Assembly: GCA_017499595.2 (NCBI GenBank)
Contig: CM039008.1
Coordinates: forward strand, 682,001-746,000
DNA: 64,000 bases
From: Psilocybe cubensis
Lineage: Eukaryota
Direction of reading: 5' to 3'
Part shown: piece by piece, positions 1 through 13,465 of the stretch
How the letters are laid out: each line of letters starts with the position of its first letter
How positions within the stretch are numbered: position 1 is the first letter of the stretch
Program-made: the position numbers and the translations under genes
Notes under the pieces: model-generated
What the model saw: only the letters and a program-made list of their open reading frames with translations
Told to the model about the DNA's origin: nothing
Databases searched by the model: none

Positions 1-44
1 TAACATTACCATTACCATTCACATTCTCAATCACTTTTTGGCGG

Positions 45-419
45 ATGCAGAATTCCGTGGCCGATACACTAAACGGAAAAGAGAAAAATGTGTGCACCTT
101 GCTTCAGCAAAACACACCGAATTCGTACGGTAAAGTAATAAAAGCACACACCAGGAGGAACAGTATCGCGGGACTCCCATGGCCGTTCCTTACCATCTTC
201 CGTCGTCTTGAACAGCTCGCCGGAGGGGGTACACACCATCACCCACCCATGCCCGCACTCGATGGTGTATGCTGTGTTGAAGACGCGTGCGAACGCGTGC
301 AATTCCTCCGGGTGGTCTTTGAGAAGGTATGCGACGTCTTCAATGCATGCGAGTTCGTCGCCGTTCGGCAGCTCTCTGTATATAAAGAAAAGATAGAAAG
401 AGGTTATTGCGGATCGTAG
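45..419 (+). CDS. Possible 3' end of a hypothetical gene entering from the left of the window
   Basis: 124-aa ORF that converges on the next gene; no recognisable motif. Confidence 0.25.
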   Translation: MQNSVADTLNGKEKNVCTLLQQNTPNSYGKVIKAHTRRNSIAGLPWPFLTIFRRLEQLAGGGTHHHPPMPALDGVCCVEDACERVQFLRVVFEKVCDVFNACEFVAVRQLSVYKEKIERGYCGS

Positions 420-434
420 AATAAAAGGGAACTC

Positions 435-2618
435 TCACTTTGTCTTTGATTTTTCTAGTGTCCACAGGATAGAATCAAATTGCGTTAAAATTGATTCCTC
501 GCCGATCCTCCTGCAGTACCCCCGCAAAGCCTCGACGTACTTTCCAAAATTCACTTCTGAATCTTGCTGCTCTTGCTCGACGGTGAATTGTGTTCCGGCT
601 TGAGCTTGAGCTTGGGCTTGCGGCAGTGGCGGCGGCATCACAACCTCAGCCTCAGCCCGCGGACAGCTCAAATATCGCTCCTTTAAATTCGACTGAGAGG
701 CCGACCGGGCTTTCTTTCTCTTTGAAGGACGAGATACGAGCTCACGCTTCCCTCCAACCGTTCTCTTCAACACCCCACCGTGTTCTTCTACGTCATCCTC
801 CGCCGACAACTCGGGCACGGACTCTGAGCATGTGCTCGTGCTCGTGCTCGTGCTATTAGAGCTGGAGCTCGAGGAAGAAGAAGAGGAAGAGGAGGAGGAG
901 AAAGTCAGTGTGTAGTACCTGTGAAACCCATTACCCTGCGGAAAATTCCCATATGCATGCATTTTAGGCCGCCGCGGTTGGCGGAGGTCGGGATTGGTGT
1001 GTGGACTTTGCTTGTTCTGAGTCCAAAGGGGCTCGAATACGAGTGGGGGTATGGGGGTGTGCCATGTAGCTGGTCGGAGTCGAAGGGTTGGTTTCCGAGT
1101 GTGGTAATTGGGTAAACGGGCAGTGGCGGCGGCGGCGGCGGTGGTGGTGGAGGAGGAGGAGGAGGAGGAGGAGGAGGAGGAGGAGGAGGTCGTGATTGTG
1201 GTGAAGGGAACTTGGGAGGAATTATGGATCAGAGGAGCTTCTGCATCTGTGTAAAAATGAGGAGTCAGCTTCGATGATGATGATGATGCACACAACAACG
1301 AGGACGACGACGAAGATGTGTATGCACGGGGATCAAGGTTAGGCGTTGCATATTTGTCGGCGTCCTCAAGTTCACGCACGCGCACACGTTTTTTGTGGGT
1401 GGTGTATGCACGGCGGGGATCAAAGCTAAGCGGCATTGCAAATTCCTCAGCGTCTTCACGCACGCGTTTTCTGTGGGTGGCAGTTGCACCACCCGACGAG
1501 GTTGCAATTCCAGCTTGTAGCGGGAGTGATGTCCCCGTAGCGCAAGCTCCCGCATCGGAATGATGCGCGTTAGCATCATTAGACGCCGAAGCAGTTGGGT
1601 GTGGCGCGCGGGTAGGCGGCGCTTGTTCTTGTATCCGATCTTCACCTGGGTAACACGCTTCACAACGACATCGAACTCCTGTATCAGGTTCTGCTGATAT
1701 TACAGAAGCAAAACAAGAAGAAGAAGAAGAAGAAGAAGAAGAAGAATTCGAAGGCACTTGAATCCGTTTTCTATACCCGACTCGCAGACTCAGAGGCAAA
1801 GCAGCCGGCGATGCATCAGCGACACTGATGTACGGGCGCAGCACGCTTCCTTCACCCTGCCTCACACTCCACGTCTGTGGGCGGGGTAGCGCGCGGCTGC
1901 TAAAAAGTTGCCGGGCAGGGGGTGGCGCAGCTTCTGCTTCTGCTCCTGCTTTGTAGCCTACTGGTGTCATAGGCGAATGCGACCATGTCGCGGATGTCAA
2001 GCTCGAGTGGGGGATGGAGTCCGAGCGATAGGGATGTGTCAAGGGAGGGAAGGGAAGTGGAGTGGGAGGTCGAGCTGTGGATAGATCAGCGTCAGCTTCT
2101 ACCTGCATCTCTGCCTCTGCTGACGTACGCGTATGTGAACTGGGCGCATTGCTGCGCGTCATACTACTCTTCTTTTCCTGCTTTGGTTTCGCTATCCGAG
2201 CTGGTTTTGGTGGTTTGGGTTGAGAGCGAAAGCGGGAGGTGTAGGTCTTCCCTACATGTGGAGGCTGCTCTGATACTGGTAGAACGACGATCCTGGGTGG
2301 GTACTGAGGCAGGGGCAGCGGCCGTGGCAGGTGCAGTTCCGGATGCAGTTGCTGATTTGAATGATACTGAAGAGTTGGAGGAGGGCCTGTGATTGTGGAT
2401 ACTGCATTCACCGCCTGTGGTGCATGCCTGGGCGGTTCCGTCCGTTTGTCAAGGGCGAAGACACCGCTAGAACCCTGATCCACCATCCTACCGTTAATAT
2501 TGGGGAACTGAGAGTTTGACTCTGCAGATACTTTCGGATGGCCCGGGGTGATATACCACCAGGGATTGGGCGCTGAGGCATAAATGTTGGATGAGAAGAC
2601 CTGTCTCCCGTCAGACAT
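435..2618 (-). CDS. Low-complexity Ser/Pro-rich hypothetical protein (~727 aa, single exon)
   Basis: Long uninterrupted ORF (ATG at 2618, MSDGRQ...) with poly-Ser tracts; a decayed paralog lies at ~38880-40130. Confidence 0.55.
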   Translation of the reverse strand: MSDGRQVFSSNIYASAPNPWWYITPGHPKVSAESNSQFPNINGRMVDQGSSGVFALDKRTEPPRHAPQAVNAVSTITGPPPTLQYHSNQQLHPELHLPRPLPLPQYPPRIVVLPVSEQPPHVGKTYTSRFRSQPKPPKPARIAKPKQEKKSSMTRSNAPSSHTRTSAEAEMQVEADADLSTARPPTPLPFPPLTHPYRSDSIPHSSLTSATWSHSPMTPVGYKAGAEAEAAPPPARQLFSSRALPRPQTWSVRQGEGSVLRPYISVADASPAALPLSLRVGYRKRIQVPSNSSSSSSSSSSCFASVISAEPDTGVRCRCEACYPGEDRIQEQAPPTRAPHPTASASNDANAHHSDAGACATGTSLPLQAGIATSSGGATATHRKRVREDAEEFAMPLSFDPRRAYTTHKKRVRVRELEDADKYATPNLDPRAYTSSSSSSLLCASSSSSKLTPHFYTDAEAPLIHNSSQVPFTTITTSSSSSSSSSSSSSTTTAAAAATARLPNYHTRKPTLRLRPATWHTPIPPLVFEPLWTQNKQSPHTNPDLRQPRRPKMHAYGNFPQGNGFHRYYTLTFSSSSSSSSSSSSSSNSTSTSTSTCSESVPELSAEDDVEEHGGVLKRTVGGKRELVSRPSKRKKARSASQSNLKERYLSCPRAEAEVVMPPPLPQAQAQAQAGTQFTVEQEQQDSEVNFGKYVEALRGYCRRIGEESILTQFDSILWTLEKSKTK

Positions 2619-4123
2619 AGTCAAACAATTGTTCAAGTGGGCACGCTTGTGGGCTTGGATGAGCTGGAAGTCTGGGGAAATGGAGAGGGAACAGTTAAGA
2701 CACGGTACTCGCTCCCTGTATGACGATAGTTACGCTTGGTTATAAGTACACGGATGTTGTACTAGACTTTAAATATTCCTATATGTTTTCTAGTGAGCAG
2801 CGAAATGGAGTTTAAGTGGTTGACTCATGATAGGTTCTTTATCGATGGGATCAATCTTTTGTGCATAGACATCTTTGCGAAGCAGGGATAATGAGTCAAG
2901 GGACCGAGGCGTCAACGAAAAGGAGTTAAATCTTGACACTCCTCGTTATTCTTGGTGAGAATACCTAGTGCAATTAAGGAAATAATCTGCTATGTATTTT
3001 TATAGATCTTCAGCGCGGCCTGGAAGACGCTCATGGATGGGAAGAAGAACCTGTAGATCAGGGTCGAAGATGAACTTTTTGGAACTATCTTCGGCGGCCA
3101 GCCACTCACACACCACCTCGAGGTTTGAAGTTGCGTCAAGGCATTTTTTTTTTCTGTTCTCGGACCTGCATTATATGTAAACACGAGGTTGAATATTAAG
3201 CACTTACTAGGATCCTCGGGGCTTTCGCTCCTGTCAGACTATCATCGGAGTGCATCCACAAGCAACCCACAAGTAAAAAATAGAACTTGAACCTGAATCT
3301 AAGGCTCCAACCATTTAGTTTCCGTTTAAAAAATATTATAAAATAAACGGAAAGGGTAGGAAACTGTTTACAAACCGTTTACAAATGTTTGTAAACGGTA
3401 CAGAATGTCACAGCCAGTCACGCGGCATCTGAATTGGTGTCGAGAGTATATTTTTATAGCAAATAAAGGACAGTAGACTACGCAAGTTGTCGCAAGACAC
3501 GGTCAAAAATACCGGCTCTAATCCACATCTTTGAGAGCAAAGACTCAGTGATAGTTTGAGCTTTCAACATCAACTAAACAGACAGTAGATTACAAAGCAA
3601 TGTAAACCAATACAATAAATTTTTTGTCTTACAAATGCACCCAAATTTCGGGGCCCGGTTTACAATGTTAAGTAATATTTTTATTAGCTTTACAATATCC
3701 AAACAATTATTTGTTTTACCCTGCAAAATCAAGTAAGAATTTTCGTATGTTTACGACAAGTCCGGTTGACCGGCCATTACATAACCGGTCGACATAGGGG
3801 CCGAATGTCTTGCCCCGGCGCGTGTATTAAATATAACATACGATCGCTCATTTGAAGTTTCACACACGGTAAGCGTTGTATTTCCATACGTATACATCAA
3901 ATAAACACGCTAATCCGTTAAAAAATCGTCGATATCGAGCTCATCGTCGACGACGATGACCAAAACGGGCGTGGAAAAGCGCGCCGCAGTCGTCAACGAT
4001 GGCGGCGCGCTTCTTTTTTTCAACACCATCACCACCACCACCACCACCACCACCACCACCAAACCCGCCACAGCGCGCCAGCAACTCGTCACCGTCATAT
4101 AACGAGATCACCGAAGACTGGAA

Positions 4124-4510
4124 ATGGATGAGAATGGTGAGTCTTCAATATTAAAAGCATGAACTAACTGTTAATTTTTTTTTGCACTCCCAGGAGTACA
4201 ATTCGGCCTCGCGATCGATCGCGACGGCCTCAGGCTCAACGTCGCCGTCGATGGCCGCAACGGGCACGCAAAAATCAGCGTCAACGTCGATACCGACAAC
4301 AAGGTCGAGATCCTTGTCAGCGTAGAAGAGCCCGCGACCGGGCGAGTCGACACCGAACCCGTCGTTTCGACCCACGGCGAAATTCGAGAGCGGGAGGAAC
4401 AGGTTGTCGCAGTCAAAAATCGTATCGAGGACTCGGGGACCGTCGAAGACAGCGACGTCGAGATGCGCGATGGGGAGGGGGATGATCAGGACGTTGAGAT
4501 GATGGAATAA
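4124..4510 (+). CDS. Small acidic hypothetical protein (2 exons), element cargo
   Basis: ATG GAT GAG AAT G|GTGAGT...CAG|GA GTA gives MDENGVQFGLAIDRDGLRLNVAVDG...DVEMME*; canonical GT-AG intron. Confidence 0.4.
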
Positions 4511-4649
4511 AGGGCCCGTTCGACAGGCACTCTGAGTTTACCGTGACGCGTGTACAATGAAATCAAGTTTTATTTTTCAAAACACATCCATGTGAGATTT
4601 ATATACCCCTCCCTCCCCGTATCGACGCCTCTTTGTATCTGGACGAACA

Positions 4650-5134
4650 CGCACACGCGTGGCGCGCGCATACGCAACACACGCGTGGCGCGCGCATCAA
4701 ACGCGTGGCGCGCGCATACGCAGCACACGCGTGGCGCGCGCATACGCAACACACGCGTGGCGCGCGCATACGCAACACACGCGTGGCGCACGCATACGCA
4801 ACACACGCGTGGCGCGCGCATACGCATCACACGCGTGGCGCGCGCATCAAACGCGTGGCGCGCGCATCACACGCGTGGCGCGCGCATCAAACGCGTGGCG
4901 CGCGCATCAAACGCGTGGCGCGCGCATACGCAACACACGCGTGGCGCACGCATACGCCTCAAACGCGTGGCGCACGCATACGCCTCAAACGCGTGGCGCG
5001 CGCATACGCAACACACGCGTGGCGCGCGCATACGCAACACACGCGTGGCGCACGCATACGCCTCAAACGCGTGGCGCGCGCATACGCAGCACACGCGTGG
5101 CGCACGCATACGCAGCACACGCGTGGCGCGCGCC
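4650..5134. repeat. CpG-rich minisatellite, ~20 units of ACGCGTGGCG(C/A)CGCAT-type core with 3- or 9-bp linkers (20/26-bp periods)
   Basis: Read directly from the sequence. Confidence 0.95.
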
Positions 5135-5498
5135 AGGCACGTCCAGGTCGAAATAGGCTGCGGAACTGGGTTGGGGGCGATGCTTGGTGCTGTCCTTATC
5201 GCTGAAATATAAGGGCGGTATCGTGTCGGGCTGCAGCTAAGGTGGTGTATGAGGGTTGATGTGAGGGGGGTAAGGCACACATACGTAGTTGCACAATGAG
5301 AGAGTAGAGCCCAAAGGGCGTACAGCGATGTATAGGGATGTTACAATAAAATTTCAGTTAAATATCAATACATTTCCTTACCGAATCACGCGAAAATCAA
5401 GAAAAGTATTGTGTATTACTCGCCAAGACAAGGATACACCTAAAAAGGTGTTAGTAGAGGTACAAGAGAATCAACGACAGACTCACATAAAGCTACAG

Positions 5499-8400
5499 TT
5501 AGTATTCAGCGAACCCGAGTTCATCGAGGTCACCCCGGTCCTCATCCTCGTCGCTTTCCTCCTCCTCCTCCTCCTCCTCTTCAGAATCGGTATGCTGGTC
5601 GCTGTCGTCTTCATTGTCATCAGAATCGGCGCTGTTTTCAGGTGCCACTTCAGCCTGGTCCTGAGCGTCTTGCTCCTGGTCTGAGGCCCCATCTGGTTCC
5701 AGATCAGGATCGGGAGCTTCATGTGCCTCGCGGCGTTTTTTGCGAGAGGCAATGTCATCTGCACGTCGGTCTTGCCTAAGAGAATCGGTAGCGGCTCGCG
5801 TGCTAGCGTGGCCAACTCCACCCCCTCTGTACAGCATGACCATGTCGCGATCCACAAAACTGTAAAAAATTAGTAAAGGGTAAGAAGTGACTAAATGTAC
5901 TCACAAATTGACATAATATCTCTCCCATTCTTCCCCTTCATTATTTTCTTTGCTTCTATAAGCTACAGATGGGCCGAGAGTCGGTATTTTTCCAAGAATG
6001 AAGCGAGGGATCAAATGGGTTGCACGAATTACGAGGGATGGGTCCACAAAACCAAACGACGCAGAGTCATTGATATCACCAAACGCCAACTGTGGAAGCC
6101 TTCTATATTTCCAACCGTAATGGCAATCTTCACAAACACCCAGCCATCGGACATGAAGAAAATCCACTTTGTGCTTGGAGGCACGGTAGTAATCATCAGG
6201 GGTAGATATTACCACATTGGCGTGGTAGATTCCAATGATACGGGCATACCAATAAGGATGAACCTGCTGATCTGCACCTTTGTTGCTAGCGAGTACCATG
6301 ATGTCACATCGGGAAGAGTTTGGCTTCAAGGTATCTTGTATTCGACGCATATCATACGAAGTATAGTTGATGCGTAGAACCTGATGTTCGTAAATTCGGT
6401 CACCGAGTATTGTGATTTGGAGTCGCTCATGGGTACCAATGCTATCACTGAATTCGTTTACCCCTGATAAGCGGGCATAAAGGTGAGTTTTGAGACGAAG
6501 CATAAAGTCCTAAATACGACATTGAGTATATAAAAACAAGCGAAAAATCCGGCTTACCCTTGTCGCCGGATCGTTTTGGTTTTGTGACATCCAGGGTAGT
6601 ATATCTAACTTTCGACGCACGTCTGATGAGATGTGATAATGTAAATCAGGAGGAGTGGGCTCCAGTAACTCCCTGTCCTCACGCAGCAGCTTGCGTATCT
6701 CGACACGGTTAGTGCGGTGTACCACACGTTCTCGGTAGATGTGTTTGGCGATACCTCGAATATGATCACCTTTCTTGACCCGTTTGTAGAAGAGTTTCGC
6801 TCTCTTGTGCTCGCTTTCGCCCATCTGAGTGCTCGTGCCGTCAGTGGTGCCAAATTGGCGAATGGAATCGACGTAATCGGGAAGGGAATGCAATTTGTAC
6901 GTTTGCATATTGAACGTGCGGGTCTTGGGTTCATTGGGTTGAGTCGGAGGGTACTGGCAGACCCGCACTCGCTGCCTTTTTGGCCTTGGCTGCCTGTCTT
7001 CTTCCTCTCGCGGCTGTTTCTGATGGAAGCTCGCGAGTGGCGTACTGACTACAAACCTCCTTTTGGAACTGACGAAGGAGATCACATAACCGAGTACACG
7101 AATTCCCCAACTCGTCCAGAGTGGTATCGGTGTGAAGTCGAAGCTTGGCTAGGGCGTGCCATGTCGCCATTTCAAACAAGAGGTTTTGAATAATTTTATT
7201 GTGTGCAGGTTCTGGCAACAAGCCCTCAAAGACTGGTATAGAGCACTATTATGGAATCATTAATAATTAAAATCAAACATCACACGCAATTGAGGCTACC
7301 TGAAGGAGATCTTCAAAATCCCGTGCTGCCAGTTTCTTCATATCTGAAGCATTCCTAGCAAAACGTCGGATAGTTGTGAGGCCGAAAGGGGAGACTTGGC
7401 GGTATCTAAATCTATAGTTAGTTTGAGTAAGAATCGAGATATCACGACAATACCTTTCGTTCAGAGTTGCAATGGCGTTCTGGTTGCTAGAGGTATAAAG
7501 AATCCGGAGTAGGTGACTAAATAGGGCCTTCCAGACACCCAGTTCCACTTCGTGCATGAAGTCGACAGTAAACATCCGATAAAAGTTGAAGCCATATTCA
7601 AATAAAGCCTTGGAAAAAGCGTTCTATGTAATATTCTTAGACAAAATACGTAGATATGAGGAAATAAAAATATACCCGAGTTGGAAAAGCAGAGGTCTGT
7701 TGCAGCAAGCCATTAACCGCCTTGCTGTTAACCTTTTTCCCCAAGAACAATGCTTTACGGGCAGTTTCGATGTCAAATTGACGAGTTTCGCTGTCAACGC
7801 GAGCTAGCTTGAGCCGGTTTCGCATATCCATCTTTGATCCAACCTTTGGGACATTCATAGTTTGAATTAAACAACGTGGACACAAGCAAGTGCCGCGACA
7901 CTTGCAGCAGGACTGCAGCATTCTGCTTGTACATTAGTTATCAAACGAAATAACGAGTAAATGTTGACTTACTTTTCGGGGTAGTCATTTGAACTAAAAA
8001 TAAAACGGAGATACATAGCTCGACATACTCTGTCGGCCAGTTCTACGGCCTCTCCTTCAGCATACGCTCGTTTGACATCCTCATCAAGTAATAGCCCCCA
8101 GACGCCAGTATTGACCTCGCGTCTCATATGGGTGAGCATTTCAGATGTCGCAGCTTTGCCAAACTGTCGCTGATGCCAATCTTGAAAAGTGTCTGTGAGC
8201 TATGACCCAAACGTTAATATGAATAGTACATGCCAGTCAATACAAACTTACTTTAGGGATATACGCAATATGGTGCGCAGCAAATTCTTTAGGTTTCCCT
8301 CTGGTGTATTTTGACTGGTTGAGGATATACATAAGGATCGGCCATATAGAAGCATCGCCAAAACTGGTCAGGTGGGTAGAATCTGAAAAAATCCCGATAC

Positions 8401-9661
8401 CAACGACAAAGGGCTCCAGGTGTCTGTGGGGACCTGTGCGTGGCTCTGACTTGATCTTTTCATACTCTTCATTGAAAATGTCCGCCACGTAGGACTCTGA
8501 GAATAAGCGTTCGGGTGGTTCGTCGGGTGAGGGACGCCAAAATTCTCTGTACGGTATGGTCGTATACGTCTCAGAGGTGCATTCTGCAAAGGCCTGTTTG
8601 ATAACTTCTAGAGGTTTTCGATACATGACGTTTTCAACAACAAATTGAGGAGCCTCCTCTTCCGAATCGAATATGAAACCGTCGCATGGCACTGGTATTG
8701 AAAAGCTGCCCTTGATCCACCCAGCTTCCGGTCGACACACTTCTGACAAAGTAGGATCTGTAGAATTTTTTTGGGTGGAGATTTCGTCCAGACGCGCTGC
8801 CTCTCGAGCAGTAGAAAAGGAGGAATCAAAGTCCTTGGGGTCAAAATCCGGGTCCAGTACGACTTGGTGAATCAATTTGTCGGTATCAGCGTAGGATTTA
8901 GTACCGTGGCCGTTGTAAAACCAAGACATGATAAGTTGAGTAGAACGATTTTTGAATAGCAAGCTCTTGTCGTCTTTTGGCTCAGAATCCAAGGACCAAT
9001 CCGAAGGTAGGGCCATTGGTGTTCCCTCTGACGCCTTTCTCAAAGAGTCGGCTGGGTCTTTGGCAATATTTGGAGAATCGGACACTGATGACAGTGTGAA
9101 ATGTTCGTCAGGAGTAATAGAAGGGGGACCATAGGTATACTCTCGAAATATCCCATAGCCATTCATTGGTGTTCGATACAGACTCTCCACAGATGGAGGT
9201 TCCTGAGGCTGAGGTGGTTCCTCCTCCACGACTGGTGGTATAATTAGAGGAGGTTCGGGTGGGACCTCGTCTCGGAAGCGCTGTGGCAATCTAATAACGC
9301 GTGGAGGAAGTCCTCTGGGCCGTTCAATGGGAGGTGGTGGTGTCGGGGGATGTGGTGGTGGTGTTGGTGATTTAGGTGGAGGCGCAGGGGGCATTGGAGG
9401 TGGTACCATATCCACATCGAGATACTCATGATGGACATCAACGTCCATAGGCCCGGGCTCATTATTCAGGGTTGCCTGGTGCGAAGAACCACTGGCAACA
9501 TTACTGTTCTGATTCTGCCTGCTGAAGTTTTCCTGGAACCCCTTCAGGACCTTGCTCATTGCAGCAGGATATTTTTTACATTTGTTGGTATGCTGCTTCA
9601 AGGAGCGACCTGGTACGAAGAGTTTATGGCACCCTAAGCAGGGTCTTTTTTCGTCGGACAT
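5499..9661 (-). CDS. Plavaka-family transposase (multi-exon)
   Basis: N-terminal CxxC..H (MSDEKRPCLGCHKLF); FSDSTHLTSFGDASIWP, NQSKYTRGKP, CLCPRCL, DFMHEVELGVWK, YKLHSLPDY, STQMGESEH, HPYWYARIIGIYH, and C-terminal DRDMVMLYRGGGVGH, all typical of fungal Plavaka transposases; GT-AG introns. Confidence 0.85.
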
Positions 9662-9684
9662 AATTACGGCCTGCTGAAGTACAA

Positions 9685-9980
9685 CTATCCACGCAATGAG
9701 CCTGGATAGGGAGTAGAAAATCCTTGCCCAAGCAATGAGCCTGGGCAGAGTAACGATACCCTTATCCCAGCAATGAGCCTGGATAGGGGGGATATCCTTG
9801 CCCAAGCAATGAGCCTGGGCAGGCGAACGACACCCTTATCCCAGCAATGAGCCTGGATAGGGGGTAGAAAATCCTTGTCCTAGCAATGAGCCTGGACAGT
9901 GGATAGGAAGCTCTTATCCCGGCAATGAGCCTGGATAGCGAGCCACCGATTCGTTCTGACCCGAGCAATGAGCCTGGGTA
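9685..9980. repeat. Array of 8 imperfect palindromic GCAATGAGCCTGG units with variable linkers
   Basis: Cores at 9693, 9732, 9770, 9806, 9844, 9883, 9922, 9965; lies immediately upstream of the transposase ATG. Confidence 0.9.
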
Positions 9981-10312
9981 GAGCGAATAAGGAGAGTGCA
10001 GACATCAACCTCAGGCGTGATAGGGCGCGGTGTCGGAGTTCAAAACTTAGCGGAGTTTTGATTGGCCTAACCGGCTTACTGTAAGCAATCTCATGTTTTT
10101 TTTATGTTTTTTGGGCTCAGAATTGATTCACACATGTTTCGATGCAGGTCCAAACAATTTTTTCCGTGGTATACATGATATCTGACCAATAGTTTGTACG
10201 AAGAAATATAGATAGTATACATAAAATTTGTTTTGTAGTATGTACGAAGGCAAAAATAGACTGTGAGTAGTGGTGTAGATCCGTGAATGAAGAAACAAGA
10301 AAAATGTGCTAC

Positions 10313-13300
10313 CTATCTACGAGGATTCCTGGTTACGGGGATATGTTCATGGACAAATGCCGCTGATCGAGCTCGCACCGATTCCCTTAGAACACGGACT
10401 GGCTTATTTTTGAGAAGGCTCTTCCAGTCTTGAAGCGTTAAAGGTTGCGCTTTGCCATTTCGAATTAATTCCAGCCTAGTCTGGTACCAGTACTCGTTGC
10501 GTTCAGTCCATTCCAGCCATCCTATCCCATTCCTGTCGATTTCATTCCATACCGCCGGGGGAGGAAACCAAGACTTGACTCCGACCTGATTTTTAAAATC
10601 TAAAAACAACATTAAATAGAGCGATCAGTTAAATGTAGTGAACACTTACCCGTCATGAGAGAATACGACCCGATAATAATCGCAATATCGTGTTCTGTAA
10701 GCCCGTCATCGCAGTAAGCCAGCAACTCGGCCTCTGGATTAGCGACATATCCGCGTCCATTTCTCAGCAATTCCACTGATGGGCCCTGGAGAACAGACTC
10801 TGTGCTCAGATACTCTTTGGCGATTCGTCCTACTATTCCACCCATGAGTAGCGCTGCACGACCGCGTTGTTGGTCCAGTATCTGCCGACAGGCCAGCATC
10901 GAGGACTCATAGTCGTCGTTGGTAAACTTGTAGCTGACTTTGCGGTAAAAGGTAACTTCCTTGTAGGGTTGATGCACCTGAACCACATTTTTACGCCCGA
11001 CAAGAGTTCGAAACTGCACTCCTTTGGACAAAAGTCTGTGTGCCACACTGACAACTGTATGCCCAGGATGGGACTGGAAGACTCGTAAGACATATAAAGC
11101 AGCCTCTGGGGTTTCGACTCCAATACTCCAATCAGCAGACATTCTGTCGGACTCTTCCTGAGGTGCACGTATGTCGTGATGAGCGAAAACAAATAGATTT
11201 GGGATGGGCCGATGGATGAGGCTGAGATTCCCTAAAACTTGAAGGGATAGGTAATTTTGCGGGTGGAGATCGTGAATGTCTTGAGGGAGCGGACGGTCAG
11301 TTGACCCCATCAAACCGTCATGAAACTGACAGATGAGTTGACGATCCGTGTTTGAGACAAACTGTTCTGCCCCATCCTTCCTAAACCCAAAGTGTTGACA
11401 GGCGTGTTTCCAGCCTTCCGGTGTCTTATCCTCCTTCTTCGGGACTACAGAGGCTACGAATCCATAGCTGTATCGCAAGTTGGAGATGAGGTCGGCGGTG
11501 TCCCAATCGTAATCGTGGATTTTCGAAGCTTCATCAGTGTCGGTATCCATGGTGGAGGGGCCCGGCTCTGGACGATGTACCGGAGGCTGGGAAGGCCCCT
11601 CCTGAAATTCCTCCGTGTCCATGGGGAATGTTTCGTACTGAGGTTCATGAGGGGAAGTCGCACCACCCGAGGAAGAGTCTACACAGGGTTCTGGGATGAC
11701 GGGAACGGATTCCACACGGGGTACATCGTTGTCGGGGATGATGGACTGGGGATTGATGCGGGCGGCTTGGATAGGATAGTCGTAGATATAACCGTCCTTC
11801 CTAGGAGGGGGGTCCACAAATTGCAGATATTTTCGTGGCAAATCCACTTCATCAAAAATGTCCCACTCGTTTGAGACTGCATTGTATGTTCGTTGAGAGG
11901 GAGGCACCTTTGCGAACAGTCTCTCGTGCTTTGATCGAAGGAGGCGAACTCGCATGTATAATTCCTTCCCCCCCGGCGTCGTGACACTTTTCCACCTATA
12001 GACCGATGTGTTGTACCCCGGGAGGGCCTCCTCTCTTTGAAGCCTTTTGATCTTTGCGTCCTCGGTCTCAGTCGCAATGATAAAGCGCTGGTTTCTCTCG
12101 CGTTTCTCCAAGAATATCGAGACGTGGTCGTACAACTCTCCTCTCCGGTGGTAGTCACCTTTGTCCATCCAATCGTGAGTGGGGAGATTTGCTATGGCTC
12201 GCTCGGCCTCTGCGAGGTCCATGTCCATGGCTCGGCTTACTATCTCCCTCAATTCTGCAACCGTGGCCTCCACCTGGTTCTCCTCCATAGCCGCCTTGAC
12301 CTTGTCGGTTTGCGAGGCAAATTTTTCATACATATATTTCGTGACCAACGACGTACTGTGTTCCATTCTCAATATATGTTTGGTGGAGTGCAGCGGGCGA
12401 TCATGAAATCGAAAGTAGGACCTAAGGATTAGGCCAGCGAGAGGAACACTGGGGAATCGGTTCAGAAACTTCTCAAGGGCATCCCAAACAAGGTTTGCAG
12501 GAGGCTCAAGATAGCGAAGGGTGGGGTTGTTTATGATGGCCTGTTCTGCGATGGCACACCACGGAAAGAAAACAGGAATCTGCTGGTCCAGGAAGAACTG
12601 TATCTCGGGCCTCCGATTGTCATATTCATACCAGGGAATAACTATCCCTGCACGCTGAGTGTCGGGTGAGAATACACACGCTGGCGATGTTAAAAGCCCG
12701 TCCAACCAGGATCGCTGTAGCATCGGAACCTCCTCGAGCAGCCTGGTATACCATCGGGGTAGTAACTCGCCCTGTTCTCTCACCATCTTTCCTGCACAAT
12801 ACTTGTCATACTTTGCACACGCAGCGAAATATGCAAAGAATCCCATCCATACGGCAAACCAATCTCGCGCCAATTTAATCTGGCGATAAGCTTCTTCTTT
12901 CGATGTGTAGGGCTCATCGTATTTAAAGATGGAAGGCGGGGGTGGTTGACTGGCTGGTACGTGGTACCATAGCTTCATTTTGTGCGCAGCTTCCAGTAAA
13001 CATTGTTCCTTAAACCGCCAATGCTTTATAGTATGAATTTCGAGCTGGTAGAGAGTGGGACCGGGTGGAGTATTATAGCTAGGAGTTACATCCAGCTCAG
13101 GCTGCCAGGTAAAGGTGTCGAAGGGGTCGGAGATAAAGGATGGGTTGAGCGGTATGAAGGACATCCACCCAAAGGTGTCTGTCCACCAGACAGGATGCTT
13201 GACAGAGGTGGGATCTGGCTCTGCACGTTCGGGGAATGGGTGGGGGTGATTCCGCTCTGGGGCCTTGATACGGACTGGTCGGTTACAATTGGGAGAGTAG

Positions 13301-13422
13301 TAAATTATACCGTCTTGTAGGAAGACGGAGCCCTGGGACCAGTCAAAGGAGGGCGTAGTCTGTTGTACGTAGAATTAGCAACCAAATACACCTCGATATT
13401 GTAAGATACATACGGGGGGCAT
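10313..13422 (-). CDS. Large (~1000 aa) transposon-associated hypothetical protein
   Basis: 850-aa ORF extendable upstream (MPP|TTPSFDWSQG...YYSPNC) plus a last exon (SWFPPP...WTERNEYWYQTRL); GRAALLMGGIVGRIA motif recalled from basidiomycete TE-linked proteins; function unknown. Confidence 0.75.
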
Positions 13423-13465
13423 TATGGACAGTCGGGGGAGCAGGAATTCCAATTTATCTGTGCGT

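Noticed and set aside
4550-5280. ORFs of 86-220 aa in several frames (HTRGARIR repeats)
   Set aside because: By-products of a stop-free minisatellite, open in several frames on both strands
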